Shown one piece after another: positions 49,441 to 61,592 of a stretch of 64,000 bases of DNA. The DNA comes from Centroscyllium fabricii (lineage: Eukaryota): the NCBI GenBank assembly GCA_051313645.2, contig JBNRSN020000003.1, forward strand, positions 10,726,001 to 10,790,000, in the 5' to 3' direction. The notes below the pieces were generated by a model that was not told the DNA's origin, ran no database searches, and saw nothing but the letters and a program-made list of their open reading frames with translations. The translations under genes were made by a program, and so were the position numbers. Position 1 is the first letter of the stretch; each line of letters starts with the position of its first letter.

Positions 49441-50061
49441 CATATATATGCCATCTCACCCTATCTGGAGACCGAACGCAGATTGGGCGACCGCTTTGCG
49501 GAACACCTCTGTTCAGACTGCAGCGGTTCAAGGCGGCGGCTCACCACCAACTTCTCAAGGGCAATTAGGGATGGGCACTAAATGCAACGCCAGCGACGCC
49601 CACATAAAAAAAAAAGTCCATAAGAGTGACCCCAAGGTTCCGGTTGCCTGACACTTTAATTCTCCGCTCCACTCCCACTCTATCCTCGGCCTCTTGCACT
49701 GTTCCAATGAAGCTCACCGTCAGCGCGAGGAACAGCACCTCATCTTTCGATCAGGCACTTTACAGCCTTCTGGACTCAACATTGAGCTCCACAATTTCAG
49801 ACTGTAACCCCTGCCCCCATTTTTCAGGCAGCTGTTGATGATTCTGCCATCCCCCATTTGCAGCATTTGACCACTCCTACCTCCTATCCTAGCACAGACC
49901 GTTCCTTCAATTCCTCCCTCCCCCTCCTTTCCCCGTCTCTGCACCTGCTTAAAATCGGTTACATCGCTCACATTTTCCAGTTCTGATGAAGGGTCACAGA
50001 CTTGAAACGTTAACTCTTGCTTGTCTCTCCACGGACGCTGCCTGGCCTGCCGCGTGCTTTC

Positions 50062-50516
50062 TGTGGTGTATGTACATTGTGAGATGCTTGATTATCATTG
50101 GGCACTACTTTGTGCGGCGTCAGTACATTGCAGTACTGCGGTTCACCACTCATGTATATATGTAAGCGCGAGGAGCGCCACAAGTCAGTTCCAGATTTTA
50201 CTATGACTAGTGATGTGACAAAAGCGACTTACACATCAAATACGTTAAGCAAAGTTTTAATCAGCTATTTACAGAGTTGAGAGTTTTAACATATTTACAT
50301 AGAGAAGCATTATCTCAGACTGAATAGTAGCAGAATTTATACTACTACACAGGAAGTGACATGTACAGGAAGTGATGTCACTGGAAGTTCATAAGCAGAG
50401 TTCATCCGACTTCCTGCCGGAAGTCTCAATATCATTACAACTAGTAAACATCACCTTGAGTTGTACCTTAAACGTCGAGTCTGTCGTTATTAATCCTAGA
50501 TAGCGCTGACTTAACA
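50062..50516 (+). mobile_element. Solo LTR (outer)
   Basis: TGTGG...TAACA termini with 5-bp TSD CTTTC (50057-50061 and 50517-50521); host pLTR is contiguous once it is removed. Confidence 0.8.
50211..50439 (-). mobile_element. Solo LTR (inner, nested)
   Basis: TG...CA termini, 5-bp TSD ACTAG (50206-50210 and 50440-50444); ATTAAA on minus strand. Confidence 0.78.
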
Positions 50517-50724
50517 CTTTCAGCATTTTCTGTTGTTATTTCTGATTTCCAGCATCCGCAGTATTTTGCTATTGTACATATCCTCCTATTCCTTTCTCCC
50601 TCATGTGTTTATCTAACTTCCCCTGAAAGGCATCTATGTTATTCACCTCAACCACTCCCTGTGGTAGCGACTTCCACATTCTCACCACTCTCTGGTCAAA
50701 GAAATTCCCTCTTGAATGATTAGT

Positions 50725-51818
50725 CATGATGTGGAGGTGCCAGTGTTGGACTGGGATGGACAATTGCAAGAAGTCATACAACACCAGGTTATAGTCCAAC
50801 AGTTTTATTTTAAATCACAAGCTTTCGGAGCTTCTGCCCCTTCGTCAGGATGAACGGACACCGCACAACAATCGCCAGGCAGGAATGTTCCCTCCCAGTC
50901 GAGGAACATTTCAGCAGTGAAGGACATTCAGCCTCCGATCTTTGGGTAAGCATTCTCCAAGGCGGCCTTCGAGACACACGACAACGCAAAATCGTCGAGC
51001 AGAGGCTGATAGCCAAATTCCGCACCCATGAGGACGGTCTCAACCGGGATATTGGCTTCATGTCACGCTACATGTGACCCTGCCTGACGTAGAGTCATCC
51101 AGACTAGGGACATCTTTGTCTTGTAAGGAAATTCCTTAAAAAAAAAAATCAGTGTGTTTTGCAGCATTTGACCCCCTGCGACTGTGCCTCATTGCTCTCA
51201 GACTGATATGTTAAAATATGTTAATACGCCTTTGTGTGCTCTGTCTATCTCTGCTAAGGTGAGATGTGGGAGAGATCGGATTTCTCCCTTCCTCCCACAG
51301 AGGTACGCCTCGAAACAGCTGAACCAGGGCGGCACGGTGGTTAGCACTGTTGCCTTACAGCACTGGAGACCCGGGTTCAAATCCAGCCTCGGGTACTATC
51401 TGTGTGGAGTTTGCACATTCTCCCCGTGTCTGCATGGGTTTCCTCCGGGTGCTCCGGTTTCCTCCCACAGTCCAAAGATGTGCGGGTTAGGTTGATTGGC
51501 CAGGATAAATTGACCCTTAGTGTTAGGGGGATTGAATATGTGGGGTTACGGGGATAGGGTGGGATATGTGGCTCGATAGGAATCGAGGGATATGGGGAGA
51601 AGGCAGGGACAGGGTGCTGGGTTTGGATGATCAGCCATGATCTCATTGAATGGCGGAGTAGGCTCAAAGGGCCGAATGGCCTACTCCTGCTCCTATCTTC
51701 TATGTTTCTATGTGCGTTAAGTCAGTCTCTCTTTCACCTGACGAAGGGGCATAAGCTCCGAAAGCTTGTGATTTAAGATAAAACTGTTGGACTATAACCT
51801 GGTGTTGTGTGACTTTTT
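50725..51818 (+). mobile_element. Penelope-like family A element (inverted pLTR, GIY-YIG C-terminus, pLTR) with HE1 SINE inserted at 51327-51712
   Basis: MNGHRTTIARQ...GLNRDIGFMSRYM; hammerhead-like motifs at about 50816-50849 (minus) and 51735-51770 (plus). Confidence 0.85.
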
Positions 51819-52089
51819 GAATTATTAGTGACTGTGGTGAAATAAGTCTTATAAGTATACCTCATTCTACCTGTGTATAGTTCCCTATTGTAATCTATTG
51901 CAACCCTGCGGTTTTCCTGGTTGGTCAGGAATGCTGTGTTCACTCTGTTGTGCCATTGATTGTCCAGATCTGTGACCTCGCCCCTGGCTCCGCCTCCTTG
52001 TTCAGTCCGAGAAGCCATTTCTGTAAGGCAACATGTGGCTCCAGTGCGGTCCAGTTCTAAGCTATTAAAAGCCAACTGTTTGAGTTATA

Positions 52090-52333
52090 ACATAGAAACA
52101 TAGAAGATAGGAGCAGGAGTAGGCCATTCGGCCCTTCGAGCCTGCTCCGCCATTCAATGAGATCATGGCTGATCATCCAAACCCAGTACCCTGTCCCTGC
52201 CTTCTCCCATATCCCTTGATCCCTATCGAGTCCGCACCGACACATATCCCACCCCATCCCCGTATCCCCACATATTTAATCCCCCTAACACTAAGGGTCA
52301 ATTTATCCTGGCCAATCAACCTAACCCGCACAT
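52090..52333 (-). mobile_element. 5'-truncated HE1-type SINE
   Basis: Reverse complement of SINE 3' half and tail. Confidence 0.85.
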
Positions 52334-52719
52334 AACGACCTGTCTCAGTCTCTATTTAAGGCACATCAGTGACCATCTTCTATTTATGGCCCCCACAAGT
52401 GGAAACATCACGTGTCAGCTCACTCATGCATGTGCAATTAAATGGAGGCCAGGTTTACAGCACCACATGTCGGTTGTTTACCAGAGACCCCAGAGTACAA
52501 AGTAGTGTAAAGATATCCTCAGTCAAGCTCAGATTAGGGACTTGCCCTACGTGAAGTTAAGGGCCACCTTTAGGTTACACTGCTATGTGGAACATTGCAT
52601 TAGATCACACTTACTGTCCCATCAGGCTGCCACCTGCATGTGTACAACGACAGACACTGAACAGAATTAAATTAGGATAATGAACCATCAATAAATGAAC
52701 AATGAAACGTGCAATAATA

Positions 52720-54010
52720 CAATAGCAAAATACTGTGGATGCTGGAAATCTGAAATAACAGAAAACGCTGGAAAAACTCAGCGGGCCAGGGCAACATCCG
52801 TGGAGGGAGAAACAGAGTCGATGTTTCAGGTCGAAGACCTTTCGTCAGAACTGAGGAAAAAAGCAGGAAATGAAACAGATTAAAAAGCCAGTTTGGGGGC
52901 TGGGAAATGGGGGAGGGGATGAAAGAACAAAAGGGAAGGTCAGTGAGGTGAAGAGACAGAGAGAGATATTCAAGGTGAGACAAGCTGGTAATAGGACAGG
53001 TGAAGAAACAAAGGATGGCTCTAGATGAAGTGTGAAATGCGTTGGCAGAGTGAGAGACCGCTGCCATGTGGGAGAGAAAAAAAGGAAAAGGCACAAACCA
53101 AAAGCGTGGATAAAAAAATATATAAAAATATGATCGGGGCCGAGGTTATGATCTGAAATTGTTGAACTTGATATCGAGTCCGGAAGGCTGTGAAGTGTCC
53201 AATCGGAAGATGAGGTGTTGTTCCTCGAGCTGAGCTTCATTGGAACAATGCAAGAGGCCGAGGACGGTGAGGTCTGAGTGGGAATGGAGCGGTGACTTGA
53301 AATGACGGGCGACCAGAAGCTCGGGGTCACCCTTACGGACTGAACGGAGGAGTTCCACAAAGCGGTCACCCAATGTAGAGGAGACCGTATTGTGAGCAGC
53401 GAATACAGTATACTAGATTGCAAGAAGTACAAGTAAATCGCTGTTTCACCTGGAAGGGGTGTTTGGGGCCCTGGACAGTGGGAAGGGGGGTAGGTATAAG
53501 GGCAGGTGTTGCATGTCCTGCGCTTGCACGGGAAGGTGCTGGGCAAAGTGGAAGGGGTGCTGGGGGTGATAGAGGAGTGGACTAGGGTGCCTCAGAGGGA
53601 GTGGTCCCTAGGGAATGCTGAAAGGGGAGGGGAAGATGCGTTTGGTGGCGGGATCATGTTGGGAGGTGGCGGAAATGGCGGAGGATGATCCGTTGAATGT
53701 GGAGGCTGGTGGGGTGAAAGGTGAGGACGAGGGGAACCCTATCATGGTTCCGAGAGGGTGGGGCAGAAGTGCAGGAGATAGAACGGACGCAGTCGAGGGC
53801 CATGTCAACCACAGTAGAGGGGAATCCTCGGTTGAGGAAAAAAGAAGACGTCGGAAGCACTGGTATGGAAGGTGGTATCGTCAGAGCAGATGCAGCGGAA
53901 ACAGAAAAACTGGGAAAATGGAATAGAGTCCTTACAGGAGGTGGGGTGGGAGGAAGTGTCGTCCAGGTAGCTGTGGGAGTCAGTGGGCTTGTAGTGAATG
54001 TTGGTCAATG
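52720..54010 (-). mobile_element. Penelope-like family B element, RT thumb/linker to GIY-YIG and pLTR
   Basis: TNIHYKPTDSHSYL...SSHP.SCKDSIPFSQF.., FLNRGFP, RVPLVLTFHP, GDRF.E.L.S...VA.HF; CTGACGAAAGGTCTTCGACCTGAAAC on minus strand at about 52823-52848. Confidence 0.88.
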
Positions 54011-54699
54011 AAATGCGCAGTTGGCTTGGAGGGGCAAATGGCCATTTGATAATGAACACCCAGTTTAAAATGTGGCATCATGGAGTTTAAAATCAGATGT
54101 AGTCACTCACCAGTTGCTCTTGGTTTAAATGCTGAATATTCAGGAAAACCACATGGAGATAGAGTTATCCATTTACTGCTTGCTCGCGTAAAACCGCAGC
54201 CGTATTTTCCTTTGAAGTCCCTTACTTCAAAGCGTGGATGTGAAAACGTGGTTAGACATTCCAAAATTATACCCACAAACCTAATTGCCCGATTACATAT
54301 TTTGAACCCAAAATGCAAGGTTTCTGTCCTGCCAGCAGCACTTTGATGTGCACAATTTAATTGCTTATTGCTGCAAGGAACACTAAATAACTCTTGTATA
54401 AATTCACATGCCTAGACTGGTTCACTATTCCCATCCTTCAGAAATGCTGATCGCAGTTACCCTCCAATTTTAAACATTAATTTTCTTTACATTTAGCAGG
54501 TCTGCCAATGTCGACTTCGAATCTGACTTGGCCCACTGCACCTTCACGTCAAGAAAGTTACCATTTTAATTTGGCAAGCCCATGCTGCTAGATAATGAAA
54601 CATCCGATTACGCACAATGACCTTAACATATAATATTCTGATCTGGTCAGTAGACGAGGGTGTCTTCCTGTCCGTTACTTGGTACCACAGGATGGATTA

Positions 54700-55010
54700 G
54701 GGCGGCACGGTGGCATAGCGGTTAGCACTGTTGTCTCACAGCACTGGGGGCCCGGGTTCAAATCCAGCCTCGGGTAACTGTCTGTGTGGAGTTTGCACAT
54801 TCTCCCCATGTCTGCGTGGGTTTCCTCCGGGTGCTCCGGTTTCCTCCCACAGTCCAAAGATGTGCGGGTTAGGTTGACTGGCCAGGATAAATTGACCCTT
54901 AGTGTTAAGGGGATTAAATATGTGGGGTTACGGGGATAGGGTGGGGTGTGTGTCGGTGCAGGCTCGATGGGCCGAAATGGCCTCTATCTGCACTGTAGGG
55001 ATTCTATGAT
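54700..55010 (+). mobile_element. HE1-type V-SINE with an alternative CR1 tail
   Basis: Standard head and V-domain; tail GATGGGCCGAAATGGCC...CTGTAGGGATTCTATGATT. Confidence 0.88.
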
Positions 55011-55783
55011 TAACCACAACAAGCACTCAAGGCTGTCTCACCCCACTCAAGTCCTCGTACACCATGTATAAATCTGTTAGAATTGGAGTCTCCCATGAAT
55101 ACCTGTGTCAGTGCAAAAATAGTATAAGCGCATACACTGTAACCTCTGGTTCTGCTCGAGTGTTATATCTGTATACCCTCAGAGTGACACATCAGTGGCA
55201 GTGAGAATTTACAGTACAATACATACAAAACCTGAAGTTTCCTGAATAGGTTAATTTTATGCACTAACTACTGCAGAGGACTTTTCTTGGCCGATTTTCC
55301 TTTAGCAGTACGAAGCGAACGCACTAATTCTCATTACTAAAAGAAAGGTATATGGCATTGAACAAAGTCTGTGAAATCTTGACATCCGAGAGGGATGGAC
55401 AAACGACATGAGTGGACGGTGGACATGTAGAAACTAATGTGAAGATCTACCCAGGGCAGTCTACAGGTTAGATGGTCTCTCGCTTCATGCTGCCAGAAAG
55501 CATTGCTTTAATGTGCAATCCCATGCCAGCATAAAACCTGTATATGAAATGTACACTGCTGCGTATGTGCTGGAATGCCTTTTGCGTTCTTGCACAAAAT
55601 TTGCAAGTATAAACAGGGTATGAGAGAACTAGTTTTAATTTCATCTTGGGTGTTAGCTGTGCCTCAGTGGGTAGCACTTTTCCTATGAGTCAGAAGGTTG
55701 CGGGTTCAAGTCCCACTCCAGAGACTTGAGCACAAAATCAAGGCTGCACTGTTGGAGGTGCCATCTTTCACATGAGACATTAA

Positions 55784-57730
55784 CATAGAAGATAGGAGCA
55801 GGAGTCGGCCATTCGGCCCCTCGAGCCTGCTCCGCCATTCAGTGAGATCATGGCTGATCATCCAAACCCAGTATCCTGTCCCTGCCCTCTCCCCATATCC
55901 CTTGATCCCTCTAGCCTTACGAAATACATCCAGCTCCTTCTTGAATATATTCAATGAACTAGCCTCCACCGCCCTCTGTGGCAGAGAGTTCCACAGGTTC
56001 ACCACTCTCTGGGTGAAGAAATCCCTCCTCATCTCTGTCCTAAATGAGTTACCCCTTATCCTTGGACTATGACCCCTGGTTCTGGACTCTCCGATCATCG
56101 GGAACATTCTTCCTGCATCAAGTTTGTCCAGACCAGTTCGAATTTTATACGTTTCGATGAGATCCCCCCTGAATCTTCTAAACTCCAGAGAGTACAAACC
56201 CAGTCTACCCAGTCTCTCCTCATACGTCATTCCTGCCATCCCAGGTATCAGCCTGGTGAATCTTCTCTGCATTCCCTCCATGGCAAGAACGTCCTTCCTT
56301 AGATAAGGAGACCAAAATTGCACACAGTACTCAAGGTGTGGTCTCACCAAGGCCCTGTACAACTGCAGCAAGACCTCCCTGTTCCTGTACTCAAACCCTT
56401 TCGCTATGAAGGCCAACATACCATTTGCCTTCTTAACCGCCTGCTGCACCTGCATGCTCACCTTCAGTGACTGGTGCACAAGGACACCCAGGTCTCATTG
56501 TACTTCCCCTTCTCCCAATCTATTGCCATTCAGATAATAGTAGGCATTTCTGTTTTTGCCCCCAAAGTGGATAACCTCGCATTTATCCACATTATACTGC
56601 ATCTGCCACGTCTCAGCCCACTCGCCCAACCTGTCCAAATCATCCTGGGGCTTCCTGGTATCCTCCTCGAAGCACACACGCCCTCTCAGCTTTGTGTCAT
56701 CTGCAAACTTGGAGACATTACATTTAGTTCCCTTTTCTAAATCATTAATGTATATTGTAAATAGCTGGGGTCCCAGGACCGATCCCTGCGGTACCCCACT
56801 AGTCACTGCCTGCCACTCGGAAAAAGACCCATTTACTCCTACTCTCTGCTTTCTGTCTGCCAACCAATTCTCAATCCAAGTCAATACCTTGCCCCCAATC
56901 CCATGTGCCCTAACTTTACATGCTAATCTCTTGTGCGGGACCTTGTCGAACACCTTTTGAAAGTCTAAGTACACCACATCTACTGGTTCTCCCTGATCAA
57001 TTTTCCCAGTTACATCTTCAAAAAATTCCAGTAGATTAGTCAAGCACGATTTACCTTTTGTAAATCCATGTTGACTTTGTCCGATCCTGCCACTGATTTT
57101 CAAGTGCTCAGCTATTACATCCTTTATTATGGACTCCAGCATCTTCCCCACTACTGATGTCAGGCTTACTGGTCTGTAATTTCCCGCTTTCTCCCGACCA
57201 CCCTTTTTGAATAGTGGGGTGACATTAGCCACCCTCCAATCCATGGGTACAATTCCAGATTCCATCGATTGCTGGAAGATAATCAGTAATGCATCCACTA
57301 TTTCTAGGGCCACTTCCTTAAGTACCCTAGGATGTAGATTATCAGGCCCTGGGGATTTATCGGCCTTTAATCCCATCAATTTCCCTCACACCATTTCCCT
57401 GCAAATACGGATTTCTTTCAGTTCCTCCCTTTCATCAAACCTTATGTTCCCCAATATCTCTGGGAGATTACTTGTTTCCTCCTTTGTGAAGACAGAATCA
57501 AAATATGCATTTAATTAGTCTGCCATTTCTTTGTTCCCCATCATCACTTCCCCTGCTTCTGACTGTAAGGGACCTACACTTGATTTCACTAATCTTTTTC
57601 TCTTCACATATCTATAAAAGCTCCTTGAGTCAGTTTTTATATTCCCTGCAAGTTTACTTTCATATTCTATTTTCCCCTTCTTAATTAATCCCATTGTCCT
57701 CCTTTGTTGAATCCTAAACTGTTCCCAATC
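55784..57730 (-). mobile_element. CR1 LINE, RT-containing 3' 1.9 kb
   Basis: ORFs 56495-57379 and 55706-56479 with all RT motifs, few lesions. Confidence 0.94.
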
Positions 57731-57737
57731 CCGAGGC

Positions 57738-58421
57738 CAGTGTTGGGAAAGTTCACACTTAACAAGAGCTAGCTCAAAGTTCAGTTCAATCATTTTTAAA
57801 TGAACTAGTTCAAGTTCATAGTTCTGAATTTTGAATTTTGAACTTAAGTTCGCAGCTCAAAAATGAACTACTTCAAAGTTCGTTTTTTTTTTCCTTTCTT
57901 CTAATGCGCTGCCCCGAGCTATTATTTTTCAATAGAACATCCTCAATGCAAATTATGAAGCAGGAGGAACAAATATCCGATATAGAGAACTGTCTGTATG
58001 CATATACACAGGCTGAGTATATAGGGCGGCACGGTGGCACAGTGCTTAGCACTGCTGTCTCACAGCACTGGAGACCCGGGTTCAAATCCAGCCTCGGGTA
58101 CTATCTGTGTGGAGTTTGCACATTCTCCCCGTGTCTGCGTGGGTTTCCTCCGGGTGCTCCGGTTTCCTCCCACAGTCCAAAGATGTGCGGGGAAGGTTGA
58201 TTGTGCAGGGTTAGGTTGATTGGCCAGGATAAATTTACCCTTAGTGTTAGGGAGATTGAATATATGGGAATAGGGTGGGATATGTGTCGGTGCGGGATCG
58301 AGGGATATGGGGAGAGGGCAGGGGCGGGTTACAGGGTTTGGATGATCAGCCATGATCTCATTGAATGGTGGAGCAGGCTTGAAGGGCTGAATGGCCGACT
58401 CCTGCTCCTATCTTTCTAAAA

Positions 58422-58461
<40 letters not shown>

Positions 58462-59243
58462 GCCCCGCAGAGCACTCAGTGCAGAGAGAGAGAGAGATTT
58501 TGCCCCGCAGAGCACTCAGTGCAGAGAGAGAGAGAGAGAGAGAGAGATTTTGCCCCGCAGAGCACTCAGTGCAGAGAGAGAGAGATTTTGCCNNNNNNNN
58601 NNNNNNNNNNNNNNNNNNNNNNNNNNNNNNNNNNNNNNNNNNNNNNNNNNNNNNNNNNNNNNNNNNNNNNNNNNNNNNNNNNNNNNNNNNNNNNNNNNNN
58701 NNNNNNNNNNNNNNNNNNNNNNNNNNNNNNNNNNNNNNNNNNNNNNNNNNNNNNNNNNNNNNNNNNNNNNNNNNNNNNNNNNNNNNNNNNNNNNNNNNNN
58801 NNNNNNNNCAGTGCAGAGAGAGAGAGAGAGATTTTGCCCCGCAGAGCATTCAGTGCAGACAGAGAGAGAGAGAGAGATTTTGCCCNNNNNNNNNNNNNNN
58901 NNNNNNNNNNNNNNNNNNNNNNNNNNNNNNNNNNNNNNNNNNNNNNNNNNNNNNNNNNNNNNNNNNNNNNNNNNNNNNNNNNNNNNNNNNNNNNNNNNNN
59001 NNNNNNNNNNNNNNNNNNNNNNNNNNNNNNNNNNNNCCCTGCAGACAGAGACACTTACCGTCCCGATGGCTTGGAGACGCCGACCCAGGCAGCAGCGATT
59101 CAGACTCGTGAAGAGCGCCGCTCACTCCCTCCAAAACGAGCGACGCTCACGTTTTCGCTCAGGCTGCTGGGAAAGAGCGCGCTCGTTCAGCGTTCACGAA
59201 AATGTGAACGCGCGCTCATTTAGCGCGCTCACGGCCAACACTG
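57738..59243. mobile_element. Non-autonomous composite hAT element, copy 2 (inverted relative to copy 1; assembly gaps 58593-58808 and 58886-59036)
   Basis: CAGTGTTGG...CCAACACTG; 8-bp TSD CCCGAGGC (57730-57737 and 59244-59251); same nested SINE (58024-58415) and minisatellite. Confidence 0.93.
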
Positions 59244-60362
59244 CCCGAGGCAGTCATCTGCCCCCTCAGATGACGCAAACGATCCCATGGCACGATTCGA
59301 ATTAGAGCAGGGGAGCTTTCCCCAGTGTCCTGGTCAACATGTATCCCTCAAAAAACATCATTAAAAAACAAATCAGCACATTGCTGTTTATGGGACCTTG
59401 CTGTGCGAACATTTTCTGCCACGTTTCCTACTTTACAACAGTGACTACACTTCAAAAGTACTTAATTGGCTGTAAAGTGCTTTGGGACATGCCGAGGTCA
59501 TTAAAAGCACTACATCAATGCAAGTCTTTTTTTCTTTCATCGAGCATCTCAGCTTACGTTAAAAGGTGCTGGGAAAGGAGGGCAAAAGGTGAAGGAGAGG
59601 TTGAATAAACACATCTTGGACAAAGGCAGCAAAAGATGTCTCTTCCTGTGTTGCTCAAGTGCACCATCTTGTAGAATCAATTAAGGAACAATAACCACAT
59701 CATCAATGGAAATTCTAATGGGGATTCAGCCCAATTCAACTACACGCATTCGGGGGAAAATACATTCAGGGTTGGGGGAATACTTGTGTACATTTATCAT
59801 CCCCCTCCCTCCTCCCTTTGCATTGCTTGGGTATTCCTGTGGCGCACACCGTCACTACCTAACCTACTCCCAGGCCTTGATCAATCTTTCTCTGAAGCCA
59901 GCCATTACAGTACATAGGATTCCATAGGATATACGGCCCAAACAGTCCATGCTGACGTTTATGCTCCACTCGAGCCTCCTCCCGTCTTTCCTCATCTAAC
60001 TCGATCAGCGTAACCCTCGATTCCCTTCTCCCTCATAGGCCTGTCCAGCCTCCCCTTAAATGTATCTCTGCTATTCGCCTCAACCACTCCCTGTGGCAGC
60101 GAGTTCCACATTCTCACCACTCTCTGGGTAAAGAAGTTTCTTCTGAATTCCCTGTTGGATTTCATGGTGACTATCTTATATTGACGGCTTCTAGTTATGC
60201 TCTTCCCCACAAGTGGAAACATTCTCTCTCTAGTCACAATATCAAAACCTTTCATAATTTTAAAGACCTCTATTAGGTCACCCCTCAGCCTTCTTTTTTC
60301 AAGAGTAAAGAGACCCAGCCTGTTCATCCTTTCCCAATATGTATACCCTTGCATTTCTGGTA

Positions 60363-60725
60363 CAGGTCCGACACCGCTAATCCGGCACCGGCGGGACTAG
60401 GCCGGTGCCAGATTAGTGAAAAATCCCAACGATTGAAGATTCGGCGAGCAAATGCGCAGAACATTCAAAATGGCCATTTTGCGCATGTGCAGCCAAGCGC
60501 GGTGGCCATTTTGCGCATGCGCGGTGACCATTTTGTGCATGCACAGGGCAAGTCGGGGAGAGGCCCGGGCATGCACAGGGCAGTCTGGAAGTCAGGGAGA
60601 GGCCCGGGCATGCGCAGCCAGGCGCGGTGGCCATTTTGCGCATGCGCAGACCAGTTGGCCGGATTCGTTCCGGACGACTGAAGTTTCCGGATTACTGGTG
60701 TCTGGATTAACGGTGCCGGACCCTG
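60363..60725. mobile_element. Tc1/mariner-type MITE related to 4518-5175
   Basis: TA|CAGGTCCGACACCGCTAATCC...GGATTAACGGTGCCGGACCCTG|TA; shares AACGATTGAAG..CGGCGAGC...CATTCAAAATGGCC with the 4518 element. Confidence 0.82.
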
Positions 60726-60824
60726 TATCATCCTTGTAAATCTTCTCTGCATCCTCTCCAGTGCCTCTCTATCTTTTTTAAAATATGGCGACCAGAACTG
60801 TACGCAGTACTCAATGGTTTATAG

Positions 60825-61200
60825 GATGACATGGTGGCGCAGTGGTTAGCACTGCTGCCTCGCAATAAGGAGCTCCTGGGTTCGAATCCTGCTTGGCCCG
60901 GGACCTCTCTGCGTGGAGTTTGCACATTCTCCCCGTGTTCGTGTGGGTTTCCTCCGGGTACTCCGGTTTCCTCCCACCACCCAAAGACGTGCAGGTTAGG
61001 TGAATTGGAGATACTAAAAATTGCCCATGAGTATGTGTGTGAGATACAGTTCTTATATTTGGGGGTGTCGGAGGATATGGGGAGAGGGTAGGAGGGGGTT
61101 GCTGGGTTTGGATGATCAGCCATGATCGCATCAAAAATGGTGGAGCAGGCTCGAAGGGCCAAATGGCCTACTCCTGCTCCAATCTCCTGCGTTTGTGTGT
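60825..61200 (+). mobile_element. V-SINE variant subfamily
   Basis: Homologous to 7787-8139. Confidence 0.85.
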
Positions 61201-61204
61201 ATCT

Positions 61205-61592
61205 AATGTTACAGTTTGACCCTTTGTGACTGCAACCTTTGATATGTTGGAAAACCTTTGATTGCTTTGATGTCCCTCAGCTGAGGTGTGATGTGAAACA
61301 ACTGGAGAGACCACATTGTTATCTCTCTCTATTTATGCTATGTTTAAATGAAACACTTAAAATATGTTAATAAGCCTTTGTGTGTCTATCTCAACTGAGG
61401 TGAGATGTGGGAGATATCAGATTTCTCTCTTCATCACACATGTGCGTTCTTTAAGTCAGCTTCTCTTTCACCTGACGAAGGGGCAGACGCTCCAAAAGCT
61501 TGTGATTTAAAATAAAACTGTTGGACTATAATCTGGTGTTGCGTGACTTCTTGCATTTGTCCACCCCAGTCCAACACCGGCACCTCCACATT
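61205..61592 (+). mobile_element. Penelope family A pLTR with mutated hammerhead motif
   Basis: CACCTGACGAAGGGGCAGACGCTCCAAAAGCTTGTG (GAAA changed to AAAA) and standard pLTR tail. Confidence 0.75.

Larger units (their letters stand above)
49445..50575 (+). mobile_element. Degraded Penelope-like family B 3' end with hammerhead-like motif (49983-50014), split by solo LTRs
   Basis: ETERRLGDRFAEH and EEQHLIFR.G.LQPSGLNIE remnants; CTGATGAAGGGTCACAGACTTGAAACGTT. Confidence 0.75.
55648..59535 (+). mobile_element. SacSINE1-like Deu-SINE split into 55648-55783 and about 59244-59535 by CR1 and hAT insertions
   Basis: ATGAGACATTAA | CCGAGGC...GATCCCATGGCAC joins into the same sequence as the intact copy at 36700. 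Confidence 0.75.

Noticed and set aside
32684-59243. Possible 24-kb inversion bounded by inverted repeats
   Set aside because: Each copy retains its own matching TSD and host-element continuity, which recombination would have swapped
58358-59305. ORFs of 94-304 aa
   Set aside because: They run through N gaps and minisatellite
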